Shown piece by piece: positions 48,655 to 62,542 of a stretch of DNA of 64,000 nucleotides. Source of the DNA: Lama guanicoe (taxonomy: Eukaryota); assembly GCA_013239625.1 (NCBI GenBank), contig MU053933.1:2257026-2321025 (forward strand). The letters are read 5' to 3'. The notes below the pieces were generated by a model. The model was not told the origin of the DNA and searched no databases. It saw only the letters and a list, made by a program, of their open reading frames with translations. The translations under genes were made by a program, and so were the position numbers. Position 1 is the first letter of the stretch; every line of letters begins with the position of its first letter.

Positions 48655-51600
48655 GGAGGTCTTGGTCACTTGTTCACGTGACCCTTTGAATGATGTCTGC
48701 CCTCCTCCCCAGACCGGGGGCTCCAGGCTTCAACGTGTGCCGTCGACTAGCGACCTTGCTGTCTTTATCATGGGTGACACCAAGCTACGCCAGCTTTATA
48801 CAGTCATCTGGTGCTTTCCAGACGTCCTGGTCTGGACACTTGTTTCCTGGCGAGAAACTGGGCCTCGTTTGCAAGAGTGTTTCAGCCTTCTTCCCTTTGC
48901 AATTTTTTAAAACACTTTTCAAGCCTACAGCAAATTTGACAGAAAACGTGCTTCGACGTGGCAGGCGGTGACCCTGTGTCACATATGCTCCGCTCTCCCA
49001 TCTGCACGTGCCTGTGTGAGCACTTCTCCCTGCTGGACCTCTTGGGTGTAAACTGTTAACATGACCTTCACTCTGGGTGTTTCTGCATGTGTTTCCTAAA
49101 ATAAGGACATGCTCCAACATTTCTATAATGAGATTATCATATCTAAGAAAAATACCATGAATCCAGTAAGATTAGCTGATACAGTGACCAAGTTTAAGTT
49201 CCAGGTTGAGACTCTTTCAACGAGCAATGTTTCAAACTTTCAGTTTCTTTTATGTTTATTTATTCTTTATTCTTCATAATTTATGTTGATGACTTCTATT
49301 TTACTGGGAAATCACCCACTTCCTCTAAATTTTCAAATTTACTGCCAAAGAATTAAAATTACTTTCTTATTCTTTAAAATAAAATTAATCTGTTCCAAGC
49401 CTCCGATTGTGCTCTTGTATTTAATGTGTGTAGTCTGTGTTTCTTTACTTTTACTTTAAGGTTTGCTGTGAAGTCATGTAATTCATTCATCCTTTGAATA
49501 CCTGGGTTTTCTTACATAGACGTATATGAAAACTCTTGTTAAATGATGTTTCACCAGTTCCTTAGGTTTTTTTCTGGACCTGACACTTTATTAGCTTTGT
49601 GTTCTTCCTTTCAGTCTGGGACCCTAACCCGTTTATACACCTACAAGCACACGAGCACATTTTTCCCTCCATGCAGCAGTTTACCAGCAGTAAACGCAGA
49701 CCCACCCATCCTCCGGCTGAGCGCGTCTGTGTGTGTGTGAGCTCTCTGATCTCTTCTGTTTCTCCCGGAAGCCCTGTCCCTTGCTGCATCATAAACTCCG
49801 ACGCCACGCCGTCAGGGGCATGGGTGTTTGTGATCGCTGTATGCCCTCGACTTCCTTTGCCCCGGCTGGTATGCAACATTCCTCTTACTCCTCTTTATCC
49901 CCAAGTTTGTGTATTTCTAGGAGTTTGTTTAATGTGTTTTGCTACTTTGGTTGTGGTGCATTTTTTTTTGTATCATTACAGAAGTTGCATCTTTGTCTCA
50001 CTGCCCAGTGTTGGTGCTTTTTTGCTGTGAATATGGAATCCATGCCAGAAAGGGGGAAGGACCCCCTGTTACGAGGAGCCCGCCCGGAGAAGGCACACTG
50101 AATTTCTAGTACCAACCCCCGGCGTCCCAGCGCCAGGCAATTGTTTCGGGAAGCACGAGTACCGCGGGGGTAGGCATCCCTGAGGACCCCGCTCGTCGCG
50201 CCTTCCTGCGGAGAAGCAGACGTGGGAAGGGGCGCAGGAGGGCTGAGAAGAAAGCCTGTCCCTGCTTTTCCCCCACTGGCTGGCTTTTGGCTTCTTTCAC
50301 ATACCAAGCGCTGCATTCGTACAGTCACTCGAGTTAGTTTTGCTAACTAGTTATGAAAAAGGAGCAGATGCAGGAGTGTTGACGGGCCGGGGCCCTCTGC
50401 TCTGCGCTGCTCCTGTGGCTGCTGCGCGGTAAGGCGGGACAGGGGACGCCGCACATCTGCTCTGTGAAGGACGGAAGGCACCTCTCGGCCAGTGCTGAGG
50501 GCCCCAGGCTGCCTCTCTCCCTCCGTCACCAAGCCTGCCATTTCCAGCTTGCCGGGGCACCAGTTCCCACCTCCAGGCAAAGCCCATCCTTACCACACAG
50601 AGCATGTTCTTAAAAAATTCTTCACAGATTAACCCACATTAATCTAAACCCGATAAAAGCACAGGTTTTCCCTTCTACTCGCTGCTGCACTGTAATTTCC
50701 CCAGCAACCTGCTGAAAAGAGCAAGGGAAACTTAGCAACTGGGCCTGGAGGGAAGCTGCAATTACCGGGTGCGAGGCCGGCGGGGCAGCGGCACCCACTT
50801 CAAAGGCGCAGGGCGGGGGGGGGGGCAGGCAGAGCTGTAATTAGCGGGGCCGGAGGAGCAAGAAAGCCCCGTGTGCACTCGCAGTGCGGCAGGAACAAAG
50901 GGACCTCTGTTTGATGTGAATCACCAAGTCCGGGAGGGGAGGTGTGCACCTCCGCCCTCCGCCCTGCAACCGGGGACCCCGCGGCTCCCGCCCTCCGCCG
51001 GTCCCTGCAGACTCAGGGGTGCGGAAAGCCAGGCTTTGGCGACTCGTCCCCTCCCTCTCAGTGCTGGCCCTGGGGGGCCCAGAGCAGGATGGAGAAGCAT
51101 GGCCTGCCCACGCTTGGGGGGTGGGTCTGTGAGCCTGTGGGCCCGCAGCCACCCGTTGCAGGCAGAGCAGGCCTCCCTGGGGCTGGATCCTGGGCACCTG
51201 AGGAGCTGGGGCCCCACCCTCCCCACACAGGACCTTGGAGCCTGGGGAGGGAAGCCTCCAGAAGTTCCCACCTGGAGAGAAGAGTGTGTGGGCTTCAGGG
51301 TGGCCACCCACTGGCCACTTCCCTGATGGCCAGTTGGGCCCAGTCTGGCCCCAAATCAGAGTCTTTGGCCTCTGTGTTGGTGTCGGATCCTTGTCACCTT
51401 AAGACATTTTCAAAACCACATTTTCCAAGGACATGGGGTGTGCGGACACTGGCCCTGAGGCACCGTGCGCTGGATTTAAAGTCAGTTTTGTGCCAGCGGG
51501 GCGAGTCTCCCTGAGTGGTGAGCGCAGTCTTCAGCTCCAGTAGAAACGGGCTTTGGGGCGCTTGTGGGTTCTCAGCCTCGCACAGGGGCTGTCTTTGATG

Positions 51601-52574
51601 ACGTCTTCTTGCCCGTGTGGGCTTGGCGTCTCTCTGCCTGGTCAGTGAGATGGCCCGGGTCGCGACCCAGCCACCCCCGGGGTCGGAGTGATGCAGTCTC
51701 GTCATTGATACCAGCAGCACCGCCCCGTCCTCAGCCTCTTGCTGGATGTGGGGCCCCCAGCAGTCAGAGGCTGTGTCCTCCCTGGGGCTCCCTGCACCCC
51801 AGCTCTTCTCCTCACTGAGCACCCTCACCTTTGCTGGGAAACGGGGGCCCACGGCCAGCAGCGCCCGCACCTTCCTCCACCAGGTCCAATGCCAGTGCCG
51901 CTGCCGCTCCGTGCTGTCGGGGAGGCCGTGTCCCATCTCAGTCCACGGTCACTGCAGCCCCTGGACTGTCCATCCCCACTCCTCTCCAGGGTCCTCATTC
52001 CTGAGGGTGCCCCTCCCTCCTCAGCCCTGCCACCTCCTCCCTCTCAGGGCCCTTCACTCCATCTGCTAAGGGACTGCTCCGGACAGCAGTTCTCAAAGTC
52101 CATGCACAGGAACCCGGTGCCCTGGCCCCGTTTTGAGAACGGCTTCAGCTCTGCCCTCTCCCTAGAGACGCTGGCTCCCGGGGGCCCCTCCACCCTGGAG
52201 AGTCGCGCCCTCACTCGGGCTCGTGTCCCCACATCTACCCACCCCCTCCCGCTCCTCCAGCTCCTCCTGCCCTCTCGGTGCAGACTTCCAGCTCCTGGCT
52301 CCCCTGAGCCTGGTTCCTTGAACCCCAGATCCAGGTGCTCGGTAAGCGTGCGATGCCTGAGCCCGGATGTGTGATGGGGCCCAGCTAAGGTCACCGAGGT
52401 CGGAGGACGACTGAGGCCTTCCTGTCACCTGATCCCATGGACTTCCCCCAGAAAACAGATGCCCAGTGGGTGTAAGTTACAGCATGTGGTGCTTTCCAGC
52501 AGAGCTGCTGCCAACTTCCCAAATCACGTCTCGTCCTCGTGCTCCACAAACACTGACGGGGACTCACTCCACTC

Positions 52575-52995
52575 CAGCCACAGTCCAGGCACTGGGCTGC
52601 AGCGACAGCGAGAGGCAGATGGCCGTCCCGCCCAGTGTCCCCTGGTGTCCTCCGGGTATCCTCCCGATGTCCCCCCACGTCCTCCTGGTATCCCCTGTGT
52701 CCTCCTGTGGTTTCCCTCTGTGTGTCCTCCTGGTCTCCCTGGTGTCCCCCTGGGGTCCCCCCGTGTCCCCTGGTGTCTCCCCTGTGTCCCCCCGTACCCC
52801 CCCAGTGTCCTCCCACAGTCTCCTTCCATGTGTCCATGTCCATCTCCTGATGAGGACGCCAGTGTCTCTGGGTCAGGGCACACCCCGCGACCTCCCTCCA
52901 GATCCAGCTCCAAAGACGGCCACACAGACCCCTGCGCGCTGGGGCTCCCACGTGTGGATTCTGGGGACACAGCTCAGCCCATAGAAGCATCATCA
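52575..52995 (-). mobile_element. MaLR (MLT1-type) LTR with internal degenerate TGTCCCCC-type tandem expansion (about 52635-52830)
   Basis: Reverse strand begins CTATGGGCTGAGCTGTGTCCCCAGAATCC; interior is repeated about 10-bp GTGTCCCC units. Confidence 0.6.
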
Positions 52996-55699
52996 CAGCA
53001 GAGACTGAGTCATTAAGACAAAAGTAGCTACGTGAACGCGCTGCACGGCATCCGCCCTCTTCTCGGTGTCAGGAACTGAACCAGCGACGTGATAACTAAC
53101 GTCTGTCTGCACCGAGTGATGCTTCTCGTGAGGGTGCAGGCCCCGTGTGAACACGTCCTCACACGTCCAAAGTTAAGTCAGTGACGAGAAAGATGCTGGC
53201 CAAGCTGTGACTGCGGTAGCTGCACCGTCCTGGGGAGAAATCTGAGGCTGCAGCGAGCCCGACGCGCCCGTCCGGCCCGAGCAGCTGCTACTCCCCCGCC
53301 TCGTTTGAAAAAATGTGCTTGTGTCTCATCTGCGGGTTTGTCAGAAGAACAAGGACTGTGGCCGGCGGGCGAGGTGTCCCGGGCTCGTTCCCGCGGACAG
53401 ACGTGAGGGGCTGTCGGGGGGGAGCCTCCCCAGTGGCTGAGCAGTCCTGGTCACCACACCCAGCAAGTAGGCGGCGGCGCTCATACATGTGGGGCCTTTA
53501 AAAACAACTTTATTTTCTTACTGCACAAGTGAAACGGCTCACTGTTGAAACCTCACCCATGATGGCGACAAGAAGGAGGAAGTGGCCGCTTTCCGTGGTC
53601 CTGCTGTGGGGTGGTCTCGGCACCTCGGACACAGGGTGCAGCAGCCGGACCCCTGGATGTGCTGCGACGCCTGGGGACACGCACACACGTCGCTCTGCCT
53701 CTTGTCCTAGCCAGCCACGTCACTGGCATGGGCGCCCAGAGCGCTGGGCCCGCTGGCGTCCATTCCTTAGGAGACCGGGGAGAGGGGCTGCCCGCCTGGA
53801 GCCTGAGGCCCAGCTCCTCCTCCCAGTGTCTGCAGGGCCCCCTGCAGCCCCACCCCAGGTCAGAGCCAGGACAAAGGGAGCGCCCACTCCCTTGCAATCC
53901 ACCCCTCCCCACACCTCTGCCACCCCACACGTCACCGCCCGAAGTCAGGGCTCTGGACGGGCACAGAACCCCGTGAGGGGTGGGAGCAAACGCTGATTCT
54001 GGAGCCTGGCACGACCCCCCGCATGTCCTGAGCACCGAGGCCAGCGGGCAGCTGTGGGCAGGGCCAAGACCCTGCGCAAAGATCCTGGTGAGAGATGTGC
54101 AAGGGGGAGGGGACAACCAGGCCCACACCAGAGATGCGACCCCAAGGCCGCGGTCCTCAACTCCCCAGGGTGCGGGCGCCCTGTGGGTGCGGGCCAAGAC
54201 TCCGGCAGGCAGACTCAGTCCTTGACCCCTGGCGTGAATATGGTGCGGGGGCCGCAGCGGGAGGCCGCAAGGGCAGGACCTCACGCCGGCCGTTTCGCTG
54301 GCCATTAGCACCTGCCCGAGGACACGCAGCCCCCGGGACAGTCCCACGTGAGCGAGCGAGGGCATCAGGCAGGACTGGAGGGCGGCGTGGGGGCCCCTGA
54401 GTCCAGCCAGGAGGCCCCGGGCAAGTCTCTGGGCCCTCCCTCCAGCTAGGGGTCTCAGAACTGGGAGACTCTCGCACCCAAACCGCGCTCTGCAGGACGT
54501 CCAGGCTCCACCCTCATCCCCACGCCCCCACCTCTCTGCTCCTGCAGCTCGCCCTGGCCCCGTCAGCTGCAGGTCTGCTGAATTTCCAGGAGGAGGAGGA
54601 GGTCTGAAGTCTCACGTTTTACTTCAGGCAGATCAGTGACGCAGCTTGAGGACCAGCACACGCAGCAGGACCCCTCCCCTCCCCTCCCCTCTCTGTCCTC
54701 CCCCAACCCCTCCCTCTCAGAGCCCAGCTGCCGCATGAAACAGTCACTCCAGCACCCAGCTGACAGCCAGCGCTTACCGCGGCCAACCTTGCGAGGGAGG
54801 CTTTTCGGGCGCCAACCCTCCAGCCCCAGTGGAGCCTTCAGATGGGGAAGCCCGGCCACCATCCCCACAGCAGCCCCTGACCCCCGGCGGGGCCGCTGCA
54901 GGAGTCCCGACCCCCTGAGACAGGTGCAGGGGGCACATGCTGTCTGTCTTGAGCAGCCGGCTGACATGTCACAGGGCAGAAGGCTGACGCAGGTACTCGG
55001 GCCTGCACCCAGCTGTTTGGACCCCTTTCCAAGGTCACCCATCTGCTGTCTTCATGTCTCCACTGGGCCCTGTCACGTGCTGATCTGATTGGGACCAAAC
55101 TAACAGCAGCACCAGGTCAGCTCCAGTCCGAGCAGGGCTCTTCGCCAGCTGTCAGACATGCACACACAAGCCCGAGACTTCGGGTGGCCCAAGACATTGT
55201 CGTCGAATCAATGTTAATGTCCACTGAGTCTTGTTTGGTTCTATCAATAAATCATACATGAACCACAGATCGTCTAAGCAAGAGATGCATTTTCAAAAAA
55301 AAAAGCCTACTGTGGTTTTAAATATTTGATCAAAAACTATAATTATAATATGTTTGTGCAGTTGTATGCATTTTGAACTGAAATTAATTTAAGGGAAAAT
55401 CCAGAAAAAATTCAAAAGAAATTATTGAGCACTGAGAGCCTGCTGTTCACAGAACTTCTTAGACTTTCATTCTGACAGGCACACCTTCTCCTGGTGCAGA
55501 GAAGGGGGAGTGAAGAGGTGGGGCGCTGCTGCCCCGGAGCACTGGCCAGCCCCGCCCGGCCCCTGCTCTCCTCCGGGGGTCGGGGTCTCCTCCCCGCCTG
55601 CCAGACAAGCCTGCTCTCTGGGGCCCGGCCAGACCTGAGTCAGATCCGAGGCAGCACCTCTTAGGCAGGTGGGTTCACCCAGTGCCCAGGTGGGCAGCA

Positions 55700-55870
55700 C
55701 ACTCAGGGGCAAGGCTTCCCAGAGGGTCTGAGCAGCCGCGGGGCCATCACCTGGGCACTCCTTAGAAATGCAAATTCTCAGGCCCCACCCAGGCTGAGGG
55801 GGAGCCCAGCCCTGTTTTAACAAGTCCTCTGGGTGGTTCTCATGCCAGATGAGGACTGGGAACAGCTGTG
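55700..55870 (+). mobile_element. MER5A-like DNA transposon
   Basis: CATCACCTGGG..TTAGAAATGCAAATTCTCAGGCCCCACCC..TGTTTTAACAAG. Confidence 0.75.
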
Positions 55871-58800
55871 GGGTGGGAGGGAGAACCTAGGGGTGCAGTG
55901 GATCAGGAGGGATGGGAGGCTGGGTGAAGCCAGAGGTGGGAGGAGAAAGAGTGGGGTTCGGGTCCCTGCGGCAGAAAAGCCGGGCATCTGCACAGACCCT
56001 CAGGACGAGGCGGCCCGGCCGGCGGGGCGTCGAAACAAGGCAGCGCCCTGGGCTTCCAGCAGCCCCGCCGGGAGGCCGCGCCAGGCACTGACTCCCTTCA
56101 GGCAACTGTTCACTGAAACCGTGCTCAGTGCCACGTGGATGGACCTCAGAACCCCACGCTCAGTGAGCGCAGCCAGAGACCAGAGCACAGCGCGCAGCGC
56201 CTTCGAGTGGGCCGCGCAGACAGCGGATCAGCGGGGCCGGCGCGGGCCTGAGGGGCTGCTCGGGAGCGGACAGAGGTGGCGGCTGCACAGCAGTGTGAAT
56301 GTGCTAAGTGCGCTGTGCCGGTCACCTTATAACGGTTAATTTCATGTTACACGAATTTTACGTCAAAAAGGCCCCACTTAGAGCCACCTGAGATTCCGTC
56401 CTGCGACCCGCACACGATTTTAGTGCCAGTCACGTCACCCGCTCCCCAAGATGCTTCGCAGTCAGCACAGCTGCCCCAAAACCAGCGACGGAGACCGGCT
56501 TTGGTCAGCGGGCCAACGGGCTGAGCGGGCTGAGCCGCCCAGTGCCCCCCAGAGCTCCGTACCTACACGCCGTGGATGCTGGGGGCCGCGGGGCCCGGCC
56601 CCAGGCGGGCCCTGGACCCAGAGCACCTGCTGAGGGTCTGCACGGAGATAGCCCCTGGGGCATGCCGTGACCAGTGATCGGGCATCTCCTCCCCGTGAGG
56701 GGCAGTGGTGCCCCTTCCCCAGGGGGTCGCCCAAGGCCGGGGGCACATGGTGTGTGCTGAGCTCAGAGACGCGGGCTCTGGGCCGGGGAGGCCTGGCATT
56801 GGGTGCCCCCACCCTCTAGAGCTGTCGCCCGAGGACTTCGTCCCGGAGCACTGCCTGCAGCAGCTGAACGGGGCCCCTGGAACAGGAGCAGCAGGCCACC
56901 AGCGCTCAGGTTCAGATCTCGGCCAGGTCTGGGGGGCCCGGGGCTCCGATCCCCTTCAGGGTGGGTGGCTCTAGCTCTCCCGGCGAGGCCAAGCTTGGCC
57001 AGGAGCCCCCAGACACAGGAACCTCACTGCTGACCCAGCCAACCCCCAACTCCTCGCAGGCTGGTCCCAGGAACTGCCTACCCCCACCCTGGCCAGGGCA
57101 GGCTGCGCTGCCAGGCCCCAGGCAGAGGCTGGCTGCTGAGCCCTGGTCTCCATGCGAGGGTCCCGCCGGCTCCGACCCCCACGCTGCAGGCTGCATCCTG
57201 AGGGTCCAAGCTCAACCAGGCCTTCCGCCACCCTCAGTCCGTCTGCCCTGCCATGAGGCGGGCCTTCGGCCGACAGGGCTCTGGAGCCTGCGTCTAGGGG
57301 TGGCGTGGCTGCCCAGCCCCCGCCCAGGAGGTCTGAGGCTCTCTGACAAGTCCTCCCAAGATCTCTCCAATGATCTCATGGTTTGTTCCCCCGGCACTGC
57401 CAGGCTGGGCAGCACTGAATGAATGAACGAATGAGTGACGTCCCTGCCTCACTGATGAGCTGACAGATGCCTGGGTGGACTTTGGGGGTCCCCAGGCCCC
57501 ACGAGGCACTGCGCCCCTGCACCCCCAGGACCCAGATGCTGTCTGGGGCTCCAGGGGGCTCTCACTGGCTCTGAGCGTGTGGCTGCTGCCTTTGCTCCTG
57601 CGCTGTGGACGCACATGAGCCGTGTTGTCTCCGTGGTCTGCGCTCCGGGGATGCATCTCTGCCCAGAAGCTCCTGCTCACAAATCAGCATAACACTGCCT
57701 GCTTCTTGCTCCAAACTAGAGGGTTTCAGGCACCGTGAGCCCCTCGCTCTCGTGGCCGGGGCAGCGTGTGGCAGGCAGACTTAAACGCCAGGCATGCATG
57801 CCAGATGGTCGAGCGGCAGCCAGGAAGCGCAGGTGGGGTGAGGGCACGAGGTGGAGGACCCCGCAGAATTCACCAAGACACAGACAGTCATGGGCAAGCA
57901 TCACAAACAGGAATGTCCCCGTTCAAGCCCTGGCCCTTTCGGGCAGCAGCCAACATGTCTGCTGCCGTCTCACCCCCGGGCTTCGTGCTCCACCTGCTGT
58001 CGCCCCCTGAGCGTGTGTCATGCACCCCTCAGGGGCAGAGTTTCAGAGGCCCCAGGGCTGGGCTCCTCCAGCTGGGGAGAACAAAACTGGCTGCTGGGGA
58101 CTGCAGTGGCTGGAAGCTCTGGGGTCACGGGCCACATCCGTCCAGGGGCGTCGGGCGTCTGTCCCGGGACCCTTGGCTCAGGGCTCAGACCCCGGGAGGC
58201 ACAGCCCTGGTGGCTGAGGTATGGCTTACATGCTCCCCTGTCCACTGACTGCACGCTGTGGAGAGGGACAATTCCCACAAGGAAACGGGGGGAGCGTTGC
58301 CAGAGTAAGGGAGAAGGGGCACGGGGCCCGAACCAACATCGCATTCTGCTGGCGCCTCACACATCACACCCTCGCCTGCCCCGTCCCCACAGCCCGCCCG
58401 GTGGCTTGGGCCTTAGTCCCCTCGCCTCTGCCTCCGCGGGTCCACTGGCAAATCCTGTCGGTTCTGCAGTCCATCTCAGGTGCCCCAATGTCCATCTTCA
58501 CTGCCTCCAAGCCCCAGCCACCCTGCACGGCCTCCAGCTGCCTCGGCCTCCCCGCCTCCCACCCCACCCCGTCCCCACAGCAGGAGGGGCCTTTGAAGAT
58601 GCCACTCCACACGCATGGCTCTGGGAACCTTGATGGCCCCACGGCCTGCAGAAGGACAGCCAGGCTGGATGCACTGTCCACGGGGCCAGGCCGGGCTGCT
58701 CCATCCAGCTGCCCTGGAAGCCCCGCCCCCAGCCCTCTGTGTGTGCATGTGCGCCCATGCACGGGCGTGTGGCCGTCTCACCAGTAAGGACAATGGCCCC

Positions 58801-59749
58801 ATGGGATTCCGAGGCCTGTGCGTCACCTGCCGCAGGTGATGAATGCTGGGGGCAGGCCCGTGGCTTTGAAGGGGAAGACATGGGAGTGACTGCATCTCCA
58901 GGTGGCTGAGGGGAGGGAGCTGGACGCGTTCTGAGCGTGACTCTGGAGTGACGTCGTCGGCTGCCATCGCTAAGGAGGGGCTGGCAACTGGTCCAGACAC
59001 GCGTGTGTGCCCGGAAACGATGAGGGTGGGGCTCCCCGCAGAACCCGCACACACGGTGGGGTGGCTCTCACGGCGCAGTGTCTTGGGGAGGGGCACCGTG
59101 GACGGCAGCTGAGTAGAAAGTGCCAGTTCCCTGTAGACCCCGCTGTGAGCCACAGTGCGGCGATGTGGACAAGTGACAGCAAATGCTGTCCTGGGTGCTG
59201 CTTACCGCGCCCCCACGCGCCAGGCTCTAGCTCTCCAAGCAGGACCTGGGGCTGTCTGTTCCCCAGCCACACCCTCAGCTGGCCCCCAGGTGGGTCTGCG
59301 AGGCCTCGATGGGGGGTCACTGCCATCTGGGGTCTCAGGATGAACTACATCCAAGCAGGAGGGCCTCTAGGGGAACCCCGGCCACAGGAGGGGCCCTGCA
59401 GCAGCAGGCGTGGCTCTGGTGGGAGGAGAGGGCTCCAGCCTCAGAGCTGGGCCCCTCCTCAGGCTGCAGGCCGGTCCCAAGGCTGGGACGCCAACTCATT
59501 GAACAGGTAGCACGCCAGAGGGCACTGAAAGGCTGAGACCCCAGAGAGGGGCCCGGCACTTAGAGCCACTTGGCTCTGGGGGTACTTGCCAGCCGGAGGA
59601 GGTGGCTGAGGGCCCCCAGGGCAGCTTGGTGGGAAAGAGCACCTGGACGTCTGCCCCCTGAAGGCGCAGCTCACTCCATGACCGTTTAGGGGGCGGGGAC
59701 CTGGTGCCGGGCTCTGCTGTCTATACCGGGGAGAGGCGGTCACTGACTG

Positions 59750-60730
59750 GACACTTGCATCCCCCAAATTCACACACTGACGCCCCACCCCAACGTGACA
59801 GTGTTTGGAGCTGGGAACTTCAGGAGGTAATTGGGTTCAGATGGGGTCATGAGGGTGGGGCCCTCACAGTGGGATTTGTGTCCTTACCAGAAGAGGGAGA
59901 ATGGAGGACAGTAAGGAGGTCCCTTAAAAAACTAAAAATAGACTCACCCTGTGATTCAGCCACCCCACTTCTGAGCACACATCCAGGGAAAACTATAACA
60001 TGAACAGACACCTGCACCCCGTGCTCACAGCAGCACTGCACACAGCAGCCAAGACGCGGAGGCAACCTCGGTGTCCACCGACAGGTGACGAGGTAAAGCA
60101 GCTGTGGTATGTTTATGCAGTGGAATACTACTCAGCCATAAAAATGACCAAATAATGCCATTTGCAGCAACGTGGATGGACCTGGAGATGATCACATCAA
60201 GTGAAGTCAGACAGAGGAAGACAAATAGCATACGATATCACTGACATGTGGAATCTAAAAAAAAGACACAGATGAACTTACTGGCAGGTCAGAAACAGTC
60301 TCACAGACACAGAAACCAAACGGGGAGGGGGGAGGGATGGGCAAACTGGGAGCTTGGGATCGGCAGATACACATTACCATTTACGTATAGGTAACAAACA
60401 AGGCCCTACTGTGCCGCACAGGGAACTACATTCAGCATCTGTAATAACCTATAATGGGGAAGAATTGAGACGAAGAAAATACACACGCATGTGTCTGTAC
60501 GACTCAACCGCTTTGCTGTTCGTCTGAAACTAACACTGTACATCAATTACACATCATTGAAAAAGAAAAAAGATGTGGGAGAGGCCAGGCCTTCCTCTCC
60601 GCCCCGCGAAGACCCAGCGAGAAGGGGCGCCTGCAGGCCAGGGGCGCTTCTCACCTGAGTCCGGCCTCGACCCTGGGCTTTCGGGCTCTGGACGCATGAG
60701 AAACACACGTCTGTCGTTTCCTGTGGCACC
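59750..60730 (+). mobile_element. MaLR LTR interrupted by a 5'-truncated LINE-1 (L1 about 59900-60570)
   Basis: MLT-like 5' part (CCCCCAAATTCAC..GAGGTAATTGGGTTCAGATGGGGTCATGAGGGTGGGGCCCTCA), then the L1 ORF2 end and 3' UTR with A tail, then the MLT-like 3' part resumes. Confidence 0.7.
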
Positions 60731-62424
60731 TGGACACCTGCGGATGCCTCCTCTCCAGGTGGCAGACAGAGGCAGCAGGACACCAGGCGGAAGGGGCGGG
60801 CTGTGGGGGAGGACAACCACGGGGGACGACGGGAAACACCTCCACCCGTGCACCCCAGGCTGCGGCCACAGCAGGAGCCCACGGGCCACGGGAAGAGGAG
60901 GCAAGAGCCAGAAAGGTGCCCAGTCCGTCCCTAGGCCTTTGCTGGACGTGCGAGCCTGGGCGTCCGCTTCCCAGCCTGGCCAAGCTCTCAGGACAGAAGG
61001 CAGGTCGCTGGGCTCCTGAGATGAGCGTCTCTTTGGGACCCCCAAAGGGCTACACTACCTAGGTGACCACAGCTCGGACCGCAGGAGTCCAGGAAGGTGG
61101 CCCTCGACCAAGCAGAGCCGGGGACCCCGTCCTGGAGGAGGTGTGAGCACCGTCTGTGCACAACCTCCCCCTGTCGGCTGGCCGATCGGAATCAAACCAG
61201 TCCAAACCAAAACAAAGCAAAACCAGCCAGCCAAATCCGGCAGTGCTGGCAGTCTGAAGAGGGGCCTGACAGGTGCTGTCCCTGCACCTGGAGGAGTGGG
61301 GATCAGCACCGTGAACAAGACCGGGGAGATGGTCAAGCAGAGGGGGACACAGACACTCGTGCAAACAGTCGTGCTGGCTGGGCCTGAAGGCAGGGTGGGA
61401 CATCATCGTTACCTCCTGGCCCACCCTGACAGAGGCACCGCAGGCACAGGAAGGTCCTGCCCTGAGCCAGGTCCCAGCCCCTCCAGCCCCGGGAGCAGGC
61501 TGCCCACAGCGGGCCAGTCCTCCTGACTCGCATCCCAGCCTCCCTGGCGGGAGGCGACGACATGGAGGATTGAGCAGTCATAGTTACTGACGTGCGTTCA
61601 CAAAATTTAGAAGGAAACTGTAAAGTTTAAAAAATAAATGTATAGCTGAGCAAAATTTTGGCTGGCAGGCCCTCACCTAGAAGACAGCACGTCCGAGGCG
61701 AGCGCACAGTCCCCAGGGCAGGAAGGGCGCGGTGAGGGGGTGGAGGAGGGGCCTGACCTGTCGTGTGGACACCGCCTTTCCCCAGTCCTTCCAGGCCCCG
61801 GAGACCCCCATCCTTGTCCTGAGCCCTGTGTGTGACCAGCAGGCTGTGAGCGAAGTGACCCGTGTCCCAGAAGAGCCCACGTGTCAGGCGCCTGCAGGTC
61901 ACAAACACAAAAGTACGCAAGGGACGGCACATGCAGTGGGACCCGCCCCCTGCACGCCCAGCACACCCAGGACACGTGCCCTCACCACCACCACCACCCA
62001 GGCCCGGGGCTCAGGCCAGCGTCCTGAGACCTGGGAAGGGTAGGGCCCGCAGCCAGCGTGGCCGCAGAGAGGGGCCTGGGCCCTGGCTTGAAGGGAGGAG
62101 GCGCTGGGTGAGAAGAGGTGCAGGCGAGCTAGCCTGGCCGACACGGACACGGAGCAGCAAAAGGCCCAGTGGTCCCGCCTTCCCTCGAGCCCTGATGGGC
62201 GGTCTCGGAGTCTGAGGGCTGCGCAGACTTGAGCCACTGCTGCCGCACCCCAGGGACGCGGCCCGGATGAGACGCCCTCTAGGTGCAGGTCCCGAGCACA
62301 CGGGACACCGGGCACCTCCTTTCCCTCAAAATGCAGATCGCAAGCTGTTCCTTTAAAGCACCTTCAGTAAGACTTACTTGCATTTTCAAAAGAATGAGAT
62401 TTTCAAAACCTTAATTTTAATGTT

Positions 62425-62542
62425 TTGGGGGTTTTTTTGGCAGGGGCAGGTAATTAGGTTTATTTGTTTGGTTTTTCAGGGGAGGCACCGGGGATTGAAC
62501 CCAGGACCTTGTGCATGCTAAGCATGTTACACCCTCCCCCCA
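62425..62542 (-). mobile_element. Vic-1-type SINE with internal deletion
   Basis: Reverse strand GGGGGAGGGTGTA-ACATGCTTAGCATGCACAAGGTCCTGGGTTCAATCCCC..AAATAAACCTAATTACC; the A-box segment is missing. Confidence 0.8.
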
